A stretch of 64,000 bases of DNA, from the NCBI GenBank assembly GCA_037130135.1, contig JBAXTO010000009.1:17276-81275 (forward strand). Reading direction: 5' to 3'. Both the position numbers and the translations under genes were made by a program. Each line of letters begins with the position of its first letter. Position 1 is the first letter of the stretch. The stretch is from Bacteroidota bacterium. GTDB taxonomy: Bacteria; Bacteroidota; Bacteroidia; Chitinophagales; CAMDFR01. The notes beneath the pieces are model-generated. The model was not told where the DNA came from. It saw only the letters and a list, made by a program, of their open reading frames with translations, and searched no databases. This document shows, one piece after another, positions 11,025 to 20,861 of this stretch.

Positions 11025-12755
11025 TTATTTTATTTTATCGTAGGATGCTTTTAAAAACTGCATCATTTCAGTAATATAGGCTTCTGAAAAATCAAATTTA
11101 ATTCCTGCAGCTGCAAATACTTCTCCTATAGAGTGAGTATAACCTAATGATAATGCTTTTTTATAATTCGCAATAGCTTGAGTAGGGTTTTCCATATATT
11201 GTTTATACATAGCAATAGCACCTAATTGAGCGTATGCATATTCAATATAGTAGAATGGTACATGATAGATATGCAATACTTTCTGATAAGAGTTACTTCT
11301 ATATTTTTCATAACCACTCCAATCCACTACACTGCTTGTGTATTTTTTACTTAATTCTAAATATTTAGCTTCACGCTCAGCTGCTGTATGAGTAGGGTTT
11401 TCATACATCCAATGTTGTAATGAATCGATGATACAAACACCTGTAAACGTTTTGAAAATACCTTTTAAATGACGTTTTTTTGCAGCATTTTTATCTTCTT
11501 CATTCGTATAATAAACATCCCAGTGTTCCATGCAAAATAGCTCCATACTCATCGATGCTAATTCAGCAATCTCACTTGGATAAGATTTAAATGAATTCAA
11601 TAATAAAGGGTGACTTAAAAATGTATGCACTGCATGGCCCATTTCGTGAGTCATTACACGTATATCCGTTTCACTCATATTGGCATTCATAAATACAAAT
11701 GGAACACCCATTTCAGGCATAGTCATATTGTATCCTCCATTGGCCTTTCCCATACGTGCATCTAAATCAAGATAATTCATCTCTTTCATGATGTCTAAGC
11801 GAGAACCAAAAAATGGATCAACTCTATTTAAACAATCAATGGTTTTAGAAACAAACTCATCAACTGTCTCAAATGGTTTTAATGGTTTTTTATTGCTTTC
11901 ATCAACCTCTAAATCCCAAGGTTTTAGGCTTTCATATTGTAAATTTGCTTTACGTGTAGCATCAAAATCTTCTAAAATAGGAACTACTGCTTTGGCAATC
12001 GATTCGTGAAACATTTTGCAATCAGCAGCAGTATAATCAAATCTTCCTAAAGCATCAAATTGATAATCTCTAAAGTTTGTATAATTAGCATTTAATGCTT
12101 TTTTATTACGAAGGACTACTAACTTTTCTAATAGATCACTTAATTTATCTTTGTCTTGATATTCGCGTTCAATAATTTTTTCAAATACCTCTTGACGTAA
12201 TGTCCTATCTGTGCTCTTCATAAAAGCATTCGCCTGTGAAATAGCATATTCTTTATCTTGTAATTGAATAGTCATCACTCCTGTGATAGAGTCATACTCA
12301 TTTCCTAATAAGCTTTCTTGTTGAGATATTTCAATATTTTCAGGTCTAAAAATTTCGATTTCTTTATTTAATCCACGAATATAGATGGCATAATCTGGTC
12401 CTAGTTGAGCGGTAAATGGACATTCTACAACTTTTTTAGAGAATGCAAAATAGAACTCATGATACTTAGCACTTAAATTTAGAATATAATCTTCTAATCT
12501 TTTTTTAGCCGTTTCATCAGTGGTATCTACACTTGTTTTTACATGTCTCCAACGAGCATCTTCTTCAGTGATTTTATCAAACTCACTAGAATCTAATAAT
12601 AATTTTTGTAAATCCTCTAATGATTGGATATTTCTGTTTAATAAATCTTGAGCATACACTTCCATATCCGACCAAGTATTCACCTCAAAATCTTCAGGGA
12701 TGAATTGTCTTTTATCTCTTTGTGGTAAGCTCATTGTTTCGTTTGATGTACTCAT
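11025..12755 (-). CDS. pepF: M3-family oligoendopeptidase F
   Basis: 576 aa with the zinc motif HEMGHAVH and typical PepF length and organisation. Confidence 0.85.
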   Translation of the reverse strand: MSTSNETMSLPQRDKRQFIPEDFEVNTWSDMEVYAQDLLNRNIQSLEDLQKLLLDSSEFDKITEEDARWRHVKTSVDTTDETAKKRLEDYILNLSAKYHEFYFAFSKKVVECPFTAQLGPDYAIYIRGLNKEIEIFRPENIEISQQESLLGNEYDSITGVMTIQLQDKEYAISQANAFMKSTDRTLRQEVFEKIIEREYQDKDKLSDLLEKLVVLRNKKALNANYTNFRDYQFDALGRFDYTAADCKMFHESIAKAVVPILEDFDATRKANLQYESLKPWDLEVDESNKKPLKPFETVDEFVSKTIDCLNRVDPFFGSRLDIMKEMNYLDLDARMGKANGGYNMTMPEMGVPFVFMNANMSETDIRVMTHEMGHAVHTFLSHPLLLNSFKSYPSEIAELASMSMELFCMEHWDVYYTNEEDKNAAKKRHLKGIFKTFTGVCIIDSLQHWMYENPTHTAAEREAKYLELSKKYTSSVVDWSGYEKYRSNSYQKVLHIYHVPFYYIEYAYAQLGAIAMYKQYMENPTQAIANYKKALSLGYTHSIGEVFAAAGIKFDFSEAYITEMMQFLKASYDKIK

Positions 12756-12786
12756 GGCAAGTAAATTTTATAATGTAATAGGCAAA

Positions 12787-13365
12787 TTATTCTGCTTTTT
12801 TAGAGGCTCTTTTTTTCTTAGGAGCTTCTTCTGTCGCTTCTGTAGTTTCAGTAGCAGCAGCTTTTTTAGTTGTTTTTTTCTTTGGTTTTTCTTCTTTTAC
12901 TTCTTCAGTGCTTGCTACCGCTTCTTCTGTTTTTGATTCACTAGCCGCTTCATCTGCTTTAGCTGCATTTGGATCAATCACACTGATTAATTTATGTTCG
13001 TCAAGTAAAACATACCATTTGATTAATTTTTTAATATCACTCGCATATACTTTTTCTTCATCATAATTAGCTAATACACTTTTCATGTATTTACGAAGAG
13101 TAGCTTCATCCGATTTTTTTACATCAGGCACTGTATTTGATTTTTCATCCTTTTTCATATTAGAAAAAACCTCTTTTAATTCTACTGAATCTTCAGTAGT
13201 GTAAATAGTGATGTTTTCAAGAGGGGTGAACATATGCTGACGAGAGGATACAAATTTTTTTGCTTTGTCATGAAGTCCTTCTACAATAATTCCATCTGTT
13301 CTGTTGGCTACCACTTTATATAATCCTGGTAAACCGCTAATAGCCATAATGTCTTTTAAATCCAT
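12787..13365 (-). CDS. conserved Bacteroidota protein (DUF5606-like N-terminal domain) with a Lys/Glu/Ala-rich tail
   Basis: The N-terminus (MDLKDIMAISGLPGLYKVVANRTDGIIVEGL) matches my recollection of the DUF5606 family. The C-terminal ~60 aa is low-complexity (KADEAASESKTEEAVASTEEVKEEKPKKKTTKKAAATE...KKKRASKKAE). Confidence 0.6.
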   Translation of the reverse strand: MDLKDIMAISGLPGLYKVVANRTDGIIVEGLHDKAKKFVSSRQHMFTPLENITIYTTEDSVELKEVFSNMKKDEKSNTVPDVKKSDEATLRKYMKSVLANYDEEKVYASDIKKLIKWYVLLDEHKLISVIDPNAAKADEAASESKTEEAVASTEEVKEEKPKKKTTKKAAATETTEATEEAPKKKRASKKAE

Positions 13366-13472
13366 TTTTTTAATTTATTTATGTTTCTCTAAAAATTTCG
13401 GATGTCAAAAATACTAAAATATTTGTTACTAATATGCACTTATTACTCATGACTTTCTTCTACCTTTGCTAT

Positions 13473-15503
13473 ATGTCTTTCAAACTACATTCAAAATATC
13501 AGCCCGCTGGCGATCAACCCCAAGCTATAACTCAATTGTGTAAAGGGATTGAGCAAGGCGAGAGCGCACAAGTATTATTGGGTGTTACAGGTTCAGGTAA
13601 AACCTTTACCATTGCTAATGTGATTGAAAAAGTACAGAAACCTACACTGATTCTCAGTCATAATAAAACGCTAGTAGCCCAATTATACGGGGAGTTTAAA
13701 CAGTTTTTCCCGGATAATGCAGTCGAATATTTTGTGTCGTATTATGATTATTATCAGCCCGAGGCTTATATGTCGCATACCGATACCTATATTGAAAAAG
13801 ATTTATCGATCAATGAAGAGATAGAAAAACTGCGTTTGTCTACTACTAGTTCGCTGTTGAGTGGACGAAGAGATATCATTGTAGTTGCATCTGTTTCTTG
13901 TATTTATGGGATGGGTAATCCAACTGATTATAAAAATGGAATCATCCGTATTTCAAAAGGAGATAAAATATCCCGTAATAATTTTTTACATCTTTTAGTG
14001 GATGCTTTGTATTCAAGAACAGAAGGTATATTTGCGCGAGGTAATTTTAGAGTTCGGGGAGATACAGTAGATATATATCTACCTTATACTGATTATGCTT
14101 ATCGGATGCAATTCTGGGGCGATGAAATTGAAAGTATTGAAAGCTTTGAACCTGATACAGGCAGAACTATTGGTAAATTAGAAAATTGCGCTATTTTTCC
14201 AGCGTATATGTATATCACGCCGAAAGATCAAATGATTGAAATTATTCATGCTATACAAGATGAATTGCAGGCACAAGTAGCTTATTTTAATTCGCTAGGG
14301 AAAAAATTAGAAGCGACTCGTTTAAGTGAACGAGTAAATTTTGATTTAGAGATGATTCGTGAATTGGGCTACTGTTCTGGAGTAGAGAACTATTCACGAT
14401 TTATGGATCATCGATTACCCGGACAAAGACCTTTCTGCTTATTAGATTATTTTCCTGAAGATTTTTTAATGGTGATTGATGAAAGTCACGTAACTGTGCC
14501 GCAAATAGGTGCCATGTATGGAGGTGATAGAGCTAGAAAAACAAATCTGGTGGAATATGGATTTCGCTTGCCTTCAGCCATGGATAATAGACCTTTGAAT
14601 TTTCAAGAATTCGAAACCATTATGAAGCAAACCATTTATGTAAGCGCAACTCCTGGAAAATATGAAATGGAAAAAACAGAAGGAGAATTTATTGAACAAG
14701 TAGTAAGACCAACCGGATTACTCGATCCAACGATAGATGTAAGACCTACACTAAATCAAATAGATGATTTAATGGAAGAGATTGATAAAACCATAAAAGC
14801 GAAAGAACGTGTATTGATTACAACCTTAACGAAACGTATGGCTGAAGAGTTGACTCGTTATTTATTTAGAGCAGGGATTAATTGTAGGTATATACATTCT
14901 GAAGTAGATACGATGGATCGCGTTGAGATTATTCGTGATTTACGATTAGGGGCTTTTGATGTATTGATAGGCGTGAATCTGTTACGTGAAGGATTAGATT
15001 TGCCTGAGGTATCGTTGGTATGTATCATGGATGCTGATAAAGAAGGTTTTTTACGTAATACTCGTTCGTTGATTCAAGTAGCAGGTAGAGCAGCACGAAA
15101 CTCAAATGGGAAAGTGATTTTTTATGCAGATAAAATGACAGATAGTATGCGTGCCACGATTGATGAGACCAGCAGAAGAAGAGAAAAACAAATTCGTTAT
15201 AATTCAGAACACGGCATTACACCAACCACTGTATTCAAATCGAGAGCAGAGATTATGAAGCAATCATCGATATTAGATGTGAAACAAAGTGAAGCGATTG
15301 ATTATGATAGATTAGATGAAATAGCAGCATTAGCAGCCGATCCAGTGGTTTCGTATATGAATAAAGAACAATTGCAGAAAGCGATTGATAGTACCAAAAG
15401 CAAGATGTTGCGCGCTGCTAAAGACACCGATTATATTTCAGCGGCACAATTAAGAGATGAAATGTATGCCCTTCAAAAAATGATGGAAGAAAAGTTTGGG
15501 TAG
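13473..15503 (+). CDS. uvrB: excinuclease ABC subunit B
   Basis: Canonical UvrB N-terminus (FKLHSKYQPAGDQPQAI), Walker A (GVTGSGKT), DESH box (VIDESHVT), helicase motifs, and the C-terminal UVR motif (AAQLRDEMYALQK). The listed ORF starts at 13434, but Met 13473 (MSFKLHS...) fits UvrB better. Confidence 0.95.
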   Translation: MSFKLHSKYQPAGDQPQAITQLCKGIEQGESAQVLLGVTGSGKTFTIANVIEKVQKPTLILSHNKTLVAQLYGEFKQFFPDNAVEYFVSYYDYYQPEAYMSHTDTYIEKDLSINEEIEKLRLSTTSSLLSGRRDIIVVASVSCIYGMGNPTDYKNGIIRISKGDKISRNNFLHLLVDALYSRTEGIFARGNFRVRGDTVDIYLPYTDYAYRMQFWGDEIESIESFEPDTGRTIGKLENCAIFPAYMYITPKDQMIEIIHAIQDELQAQVAYFNSLGKKLEATRLSERVNFDLEMIRELGYCSGVENYSRFMDHRLPGQRPFCLLDYFPEDFLMVIDESHVTVPQIGAMYGGDRARKTNLVEYGFRLPSAMDNRPLNFQEFETIMKQTIYVSATPGKYEMEKTEGEFIEQVVRPTGLLDPTIDVRPTLNQIDDLMEEIDKTIKAKERVLITTLTKRMAEELTRYLFRAGINCRYIHSEVDTMDRVEIIRDLRLGAFDVLIGVNLLREGLDLPEVSLVCIMDADKEGFLRNTRSLIQVAGRAARNSNGKVIFYADKMTDSMRATIDETSRRREKQIRYNSEHGITPTTVFKSRAEIMKQSSILDVKQSEAIDYDRLDEIAALAADPVVSYMNKEQLQKAIDSTKSKMLRAAKDTDYISAAQLRDEMYALQKMMEEKFG

Positions 15504-15510
15504 ATAATTT

Positions 15511-16272
15511 TTACTTATTCCACCAAAGTATCAATGCACTGGTTTTTTTCTTGTATGATTGATAAGCGGCATTATCATCATATTTTTTTTCTAACATTGG
15601 AATGCCACTCACATATAATAATAAAAAGCTTATAACAATTGGTGAAATCAAGCTGATATACCAGTTGGTGTAATTACTAGCAAATAAAAAAAGTGCCCAC
15701 CAAAAAAGTATTTCTCCAAAATAATTCGGATGTCTTGAATATTTCCACAAGCCACTTTGAATAAAGGCTTCTTTAACTAAAGTGTTTTTTCGAAACATAT
15801 ATTTTTGATAATCGGCAATGCCTTCTATCGCAATAGCAATAAATGCTATACAACAAGCAGTAAATAAAATTACTGGATGATTTGATAGGATAGGAGCAAG
15901 ATTGATTTGAATGATGGGTAAGGCGATAATAAACATAAAAAATCCTTGCAACATATGCACCTGTAAAAAGGTACGCCAATAAAATGTTTGTACCCATTGC
16001 TTGCGCCAATTCGCATATCGAAAATCTTCTTCTTTTCCCCAATTACGAACCCCTAAAAAAATGAATAAGCGAATGCCCCAAAGTGCAATTAAAGCGGTAA
16101 ATAAATAACTGTATATATCTTTTGAGTGGTTGTAGAATAAGTTCAAGAACGCAATTCCAACAAATCCCATTCCCCAAAACATATCTACTAAGCCATTATT
16201 TTTTTTGACTATACATATCAGATAGCAAATACACATATAGCTAAAAATAAAAAGGATGCTTGTTGTATACAT
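15511..16272 (-). CDS. DUF1295 / steroid 5-alpha-reductase-like integral membrane protein
   Basis: Multi-pass membrane protein with the family-typical motif YSRHPNYFGEILFWW. Confidence 0.75.
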   Translation of the reverse strand: MYTTSILFIFSYMCICYLICIVKKNNGLVDMFWGMGFVGIAFLNLFYNHSKDIYSYLFTALIALWGIRLFIFLGVRNWGKEEDFRYANWRKQWVQTFYWRTFLQVHMLQGFFMFIIALPIIQINLAPILSNHPVILFTACCIAFIAIAIEGIADYQKYMFRKNTLVKEAFIQSGLWKYSRHPNYFGEILFWWALFLFASNYTNWYISLISPIVISFLLLYVSGIPMLEKKYDDNAAYQSYKKKTSALILWWNK

Positions 16273-16282
16273 AGACTAAAGG

Positions 16283-16322
16283 TAAAAAAAAATAGACCTA
16301 TTCCAATAAGATTAGGTCTATT
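16283..16322 (-). terminator. rho-independent terminator downstream of accC
   Basis: The 10-bp stem aatagaccta (16291..16300) pairs with taggtctatt (16313..16322). The plus-strand A-run at 16284..16292 becomes the U-tract on the minus strand. Confidence 0.65.
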
Positions 16323-16342
16323 CTTTTATTATAAACTAGATA

Positions 16343-17695
16343 TTATTTTAACTCTTCAGCTAAGTTGATATTATCTAAGAATTTAGTAGTATAATTTCCA
16401 CTTCTAAAATCTTCATTATGTAATAACCATAAATGAAATGGAATAGTAGTATGAATGCCTTCAATAATAAATTCTCTTAAGGCTCTATCCATTTTATCTA
16501 ATGCTTCTTCACGTGTTCTACCTCTACATATAACTTTTGCAATCATACTATCATAATATGGAGGAATGGTGTAGCCTGCATAAATATGAGTATCTACACG
16601 AACCCCTTGTCCTTTTGAAGTATGTAATGATGTTATTTTTCCAGGTGAAGGAGCAAAGTTTTTAGATGCATCTTCCGCATTAATACGACATTCAATAGCA
16701 TGCATTTCACGAGGAAAATAAACTTTACCGCTAATTTTTTCTCCAGCGGCTAATTTGATTTGCTCTTTTACTAAATCATAATCCATCACTTCTTCTGTTA
16801 CGGGATGTTCTACTTGAATACGCGTATTCATCTCCATAAAATAAAAATTACGATGTTTATCTACCAAGAACTCAATGGTTCCTAATCCTTGATATTTGAT
16901 GAATTCAGCCGCTTTAATCGCAGCTTTCCCCATTTTTTCACGTAATTTATCCGTCATAAATGGCGAAGGACATTCCTCTACCAATTTTTGATGACGACGT
17001 TGAACAGAACAATCTCTTTCAGATAAATGAGTAGCTTTACCATATTTATCTGCAGCCACTTGTATTTCAATATGTCTTGGTTCTTCTACGAATTTTTCCA
17101 TATACATACCTGAATTACCAAATGCAGCTCCCGCTTCCATAGTAGCACTATCAAATGCTTTTTCAATTTCTTCTTCATTCCAAACCACACGCATTCCTTT
17201 ACCACCACCACCTGCAGTAGCTTTTAAAATGACAGGATAGCCAATTTTTTTAGCTTCAATTTTAGCCATTTTTACATCTACAATGAGTCCATCAGAACCT
17301 GGTACAACTGGAACCCCTGCTTTACGCATCGTATCTTTTGCAGTAATTTTATCACCCATCAAACGAATTTGCTCTGGTGTTGGTCCGATAAAAGTCATTT
17401 TATTTTTTTCGCAGATTTCTGCAAACTTCGCATTCTCGCTTAAAAATCCATATCCAGGATGAATGGCATCAGCATTTGTAATTTCTGCCGCAGCCATAAT
17501 ATTGGGAATATTTAAATAGGATTCAGCACTTTTAGGAGGGCCTATACATACCGCCTCATCAGCGAATCTAACATGTAAACTTTCTCTGTCAGCAGTAGAA
17601 TAAACGGCAACAGTTTTAATGCCCATCTCTTTACAAGTACGTATAATACGTAAGGCAATCTCTCCTCTATTGGCAATTAATATTTTCTTAAACAT
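16343..17695 (-). CDS. accC: acetyl-CoA carboxylase biotin carboxylase subunit
   Basis: [26 protein letters not shown]..., ATP-grasp motifs ([24 protein letters not shown]), 450 aa. Confidence 0.95.
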   Translation of the reverse strand: MFKKILIANRGEIALRIIRTCKEMGIKTVAVYSTADRESLHVRFADEAVCIGPPKSAESYLNIPNIMAAAEITNADAIHPGYGFLSENAKFAEICEKNKMTFIGPTPEQIRLMGDKITAKDTMRKAGVPVVPGSDGLIVDVKMAKIEAKKIGYPVILKATAGGGGKGMRVVWNEEEIEKAFDSATMEAGAAFGNSGMYMEKFVEEPRHIEIQVAADKYGKATHLSERDCSVQRRHQKLVEECPSPFMTDKLREKMGKAAIKAAEFIKYQGLGTIEFLVDKHRNFYFMEMNTRIQVEHPVTEEVMDYDLVKEQIKLAAGEKISGKVYFPREMHAIECRINAEDASKNFAPSPGKITSLHTSKGQGVRVDTHIYAGYTIPPYYDSMIAKVICRGRTREEALDKMDRALREFIIEGIHTTIPFHLWLLHNEDFRSGNYTTKFLDNINLAEELK

Positions 17696-17782
17696 AATTC
17701 AAATGAATTGTAATCATTAATTAATAATCTGGTCAGTTACACAACTTATCACTTTAGTATCTATACTAAAAGAATAAGTCAA

Positions 17783-18280
17783 TTATTTAGGTTCGATTAA
17801 AAATAATGGTTGATCGTATTCTACTGGAGAATTATCATCTGCAATTATTTTTACTATGGTTCCACTGATATCACATTCAATTTCATTGAATAATTTCATC
17901 GCTTCTACTACGCAAATAACATCACCTGGTTTAACAGTATCACCTACTTTTACAAAGGCTTCTTTATCTGGTCCTGGTTTTCTATAGAAAGTACCAATCA
18001 TAGGCGATTTAAATTCTATTAAATTACCATTAGATGCTGCTTCGTTTGATGTGCTATCTTTAGCAACAGGTGCAATTGCTGTTGTAGCAGGTGCAGCAGC
18101 TTGTTGAGGCATACTCATCATTGATTGAGGCATTGCTACTGAATGGTTTTGAACCATCGTTACAGCACCATCTTGTTTATTTTTGATGGTGATTTTAAAA
18201 TTGTCTTGTGAAATCTTAACTTCAGCTAATTCACTTTTACTTACAATTTTAATAAGCTCTTGAATTTGTTTAAAATCCAT
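17783..18280 (-). CDS. accB: acetyl-CoA carboxylase biotin carboxyl carrier protein
   Basis: Ala/Pro-rich linker followed by the biotinyl domain with EAMKLFNEIE (biotinylated Lys in AMK). It lies directly upstream of accC. Confidence 0.9.
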   Translation of the reverse strand: MDFKQIQELIKIVSKSELAEVKISQDNFKITIKNKQDGAVTMVQNHSVAMPQSMMSMPQQAAAPATTAIAPVAKDSTSNEAASNGNLIEFKSPMIGTFYRKPGPDKEAFVKVGDTVKPGDVICVVEAMKLFNEIECDISGTIVKIIADDNSPVEYDQPLFLIEPK

Positions 18281-18334
18281 ATTGTTTGATTTGAGTTTTT
18301 AGTTAATTGAGTTTACCAATTTATAAATGTATAA

Positions 18335-18901
18335 TTATTCTTTTACTCTTTCTACATATTTATTTGTTTCTGTATCAACTTTTATTTTGTCACCTACATT
18401 CACAAATAAAGGAACATTCACATTTGCACCTGTTTCTACAGTGGCTATTTTTGTTACATTCGTTGCTGTATCGCCTTTTACACCTGGCTCTGAATAAGTT
18501 ACTTCTAAAATTACGTTTGCTGGTAATTCACACGTTAGTGCTTTCTCTGTTTCTGCATGAAACAAGATATCTACTTCTTGACCTTCTTTTAATAAGCCAG
18601 TATTACTAATCATTTCTTTATCTATTGCTACTTGATCAAACGTATCATTATTCATGAAATGCCACCCTGTTTCATCATTGTATAAATATTGAAATTTTCT
18701 TCTTTCAATTCGTGCTGTTTCAATATTATGTCCACTTTGAAAGGTGTTTTCTACCACTTTACCTGAGGATAAACTTTTTAATTTAGTTCGTACAAATGCA
18801 TTGCCTTTTCCTGGTTTTACATGTTGAAAATCGACAATTTGCCATAAGTCATTATTCATATCTATACAAAGTCCTTTTTTAAAATCCGCAGTAGTTGCCA
18901 T
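18335..18901 (-). CDS. efp: translation elongation factor P
   Basis: 188 aa with the typical EF-P sequence (VDFQHVKPGKGNAFVRTKLK). Confidence 0.92.
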   Translation of the reverse strand: MATTADFKKGLCIDMNNDLWQIVDFQHVKPGKGNAFVRTKLKSLSSGKVVENTFQSGHNIETARIERRKFQYLYNDETGWHFMNNDTFDQVAIDKEMISNTGLLKEGQEVDILFHAETEKALTCELPANVILEVTYSEPGVKGDTATNVTKIATVETGANVNVPLFVNVGDKIKVDTETNKYVERVKE

Positions 18902-18942
18902 TTGATTATTTATTTTGTTTTATTAATTAGTATTTTTTATTA

Positions 18943-19962
18943 TTAATAGCCCCATTTTAAATAGATAGAGCCCCATGTAAATCCACCTCCAAAAGCAGCT
19001 AATATGATATTGTCGCCTTTTTTAAATTTGCTTTCCCATTCATGTAAACAAATTGGTAGAGTTCCATTAGTAGTATTGCCGTATTTTTGAATATTAATGG
19101 TTACTTTGCTTTCATCTATACCCATTCGTTCTCTAGTGGCATCTATGATTCGTTTATTGGCTTGATGAGGTACTAGCCAATCTACTTCATCGGCTGTTAA
19201 ATTATTGTTTTCCATAATTTCAGCACTCACATTTGCCATATTCGTTACTGCAAATTTAAATACGTACTGACCTTCTTGATATGCAAAATGTTTATTAGCT
19301 TCTACAGTTGCATGTGAAGCTGGTAATACTGAACCACCAGCAGGCTGAAATAAGTGTTTACATCCTGAACCATCACTTTTTAAAATACTATCGATAATAC
19401 CTGTTCCATCCGTACTAGGTTCTAGTAATACAGCGCCACAACCATCACCAAAAATAATACAAGTCGTTCTATCTTGATAATTAATAATACTGCTCATTTT
19501 GTCACCACCAACTACTACAATTTTGCGGTATTTCCCACTAGCTATTAATTGTGAAGCAGTGTCCAAAGCATACATAAATCCACTACAAGCGGCATTAATA
19601 TCATAGCCAAAGGCGTTTTTCATACCGCATTGATCCGTAATGATATTAGCAGTTGCTGGGAAATTATAATCACCTGTAACCGTTGCACAAATAAGTAATT
19701 CTATATCTAATGGATTGGTATTGTTCTTTTTTAATAGGCCGTCAACAGCTTTAATAGCCATAAAAGAGAGACCGTGATTACCTTTGAGTATTCGTCTTTC
19801 TTTAATACCTGTTCGAGAAGTTATCCATTCGTCATTGGTATCTACCATAGTAGCCAATTCCTCATTTGTTAGGATATAATCGGGTACATATGAATGTACT
19901 CCGGTGATTTTAGCTCTTAATTGCAAATTGATAGTTTTAGTTTTACTAATTAATTCATGCAA
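18943..19962 (-). CDS. fabH: beta-ketoacyl-ACP synthase III
   Basis: Active-site Cys context (INAACSGFMYAL), HQANKRI, and the GNTTNGTLP motif. 339 aa. Confidence 0.92.
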   Translation of the reverse strand: MHELISKTKTINLQLRAKITGVHSYVPDYILTNEELATMVDTNDEWITSRTGIKERRILKGNHGLSFMAIKAVDGLLKKNNTNPLDIELLICATVTGDYNFPATANIITDQCGMKNAFGYDINAACSGFMYALDTASQLIASGKYRKIVVVGGDKMSSIINYQDRTTCIIFGDGCGAVLLEPSTDGTGIIDSILKSDGSGCKHLFQPAGGSVLPASHATVEANKHFAYQEGQYVFKFAVTNMANVSAEIMENNNLTADEVDWLVPHQANKRIIDATRERMGIDESKVTINIQKYGNTTNGTLPICLHEWESKFKKGDNIILAAFGGGFTWGSIYLKWGY

Positions 19963-20008
19963 AAATAAAAAAAGCTACCCGTTTTGTATATACAAAATGA
20001 AGTAGCTT
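19961..20008 (-). terminator. hairpin plus U-tract between rpmF and fabH (terminator or attenuator)
   Basis: The stem aagctac (19972..19978) pairs with gtagctt (20002..20008), and the palindrome ttttgtatatacaaaa sits inside. The plus-strand A-run at 19961..19973 gives a U-tract on the minus strand after the hairpin. Confidence 0.45.
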
Positions 20009-20034
20009 GATAAAAATTTATAAATTCTGTTGAA

Positions 20035-20223
20035 TTATGCCTGTTTCCCTTCAGAAAAAAGCTTACCATTATAGTAAATGTTACCATCTACTTCATAAGC
20101 TTTATGTCTTTGATGTGTTTCACCTGTAGTTGAACATACACTTAATGTTGCTACTGATAATGCATCATGAGTTCTTCTTTTATCTCTTCTAGTTTTAGAG
20201 ATTTTTCTCTTTGGATGTGCCAT
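20035..20223 (-). CDS. rpmF: 50S ribosomal protein L32
   Basis: MAHPKRKISKTRRDKRRTH..., 62 aa. Confidence 0.92.
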   Translation of the reverse strand: MAHPKRKISKTRRDKRRTHDALSVATLSVCSTTGETHQRHKAYEVDGNIYYNGKLFSEGKQA

Positions 20224-20229
20224 GTTATA

Positions 20230-20766
20230 TTATTTTTGTTTTTTTAATTTTTCTAAAATTGCCCACCTTTCATCAGGTGTATCGTTTATTTTATCTTCTT
20301 GTTTTTCTAATATTTTTAAAACTTCTTGGTTGCAAGTGTTCCCTCCGTTTTCATCTGTAGGATGTACTTTATGAATTGGAATTGCTAAAACAATATATTC
20401 ATAAATCAAATGTGATATATCTATTATAGTATCAGTTCTATTGATATACAACACATCTGCCTCTTCCTCTACCAATGAATCGTCGTGTTCAAATTTTATG
20501 ATTATTTTATTTTGACCGGATATGGGTAAAAAAAATGAATCAGAACAACGATCACATTCTACTTGTACAGCTCCAGAAACTGAAATATCTAAAGTAAAAA
20601 ATCCTGCATCTCTTTTATCAAATAAGGCTTCTACTTTTAAGTTTCCTTCGCTCACTAATGAGTTTTCAAAATATGTAAAGAACGTTTTATCAATAGAGTA
20701 TAAAAACGAATGCAATCCATTTTTAAGACCTACATAAGGTATTTTAAACTCTTTCAAACTTTTCAC
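20230..20766 (-). CDS. yceD: YceD/DUF177 family protein
   Basis: 178 aa directly upstream of rpmF, which is the conserved synteny. Contains the Cys motif ECDRCSDSF. Confidence 0.8.
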   Translation of the reverse strand: MKSLKEFKIPYVGLKNGLHSFLYSIDKTFFTYFENSLVSEGNLKVEALFDKRDAGFFTLDISVSGAVQVECDRCSDSFFLPISGQNKIIIKFEHDDSLVEEEADVLYINRTDTIIDISHLIYEYIVLAIPIHKVHPTDENGGNTCNQEVLKILEKQEDKINDTPDERWAILEKLKKQK

Positions 20767-20861
20767 AACTATTGACCCTTCTTTTGTAAAAAGGAGTGCA
20801 AAATTAATAAATAAAACAATAAAGTGTTAATAAATATTTTAAATCTTGTAAAAACTTTGTT

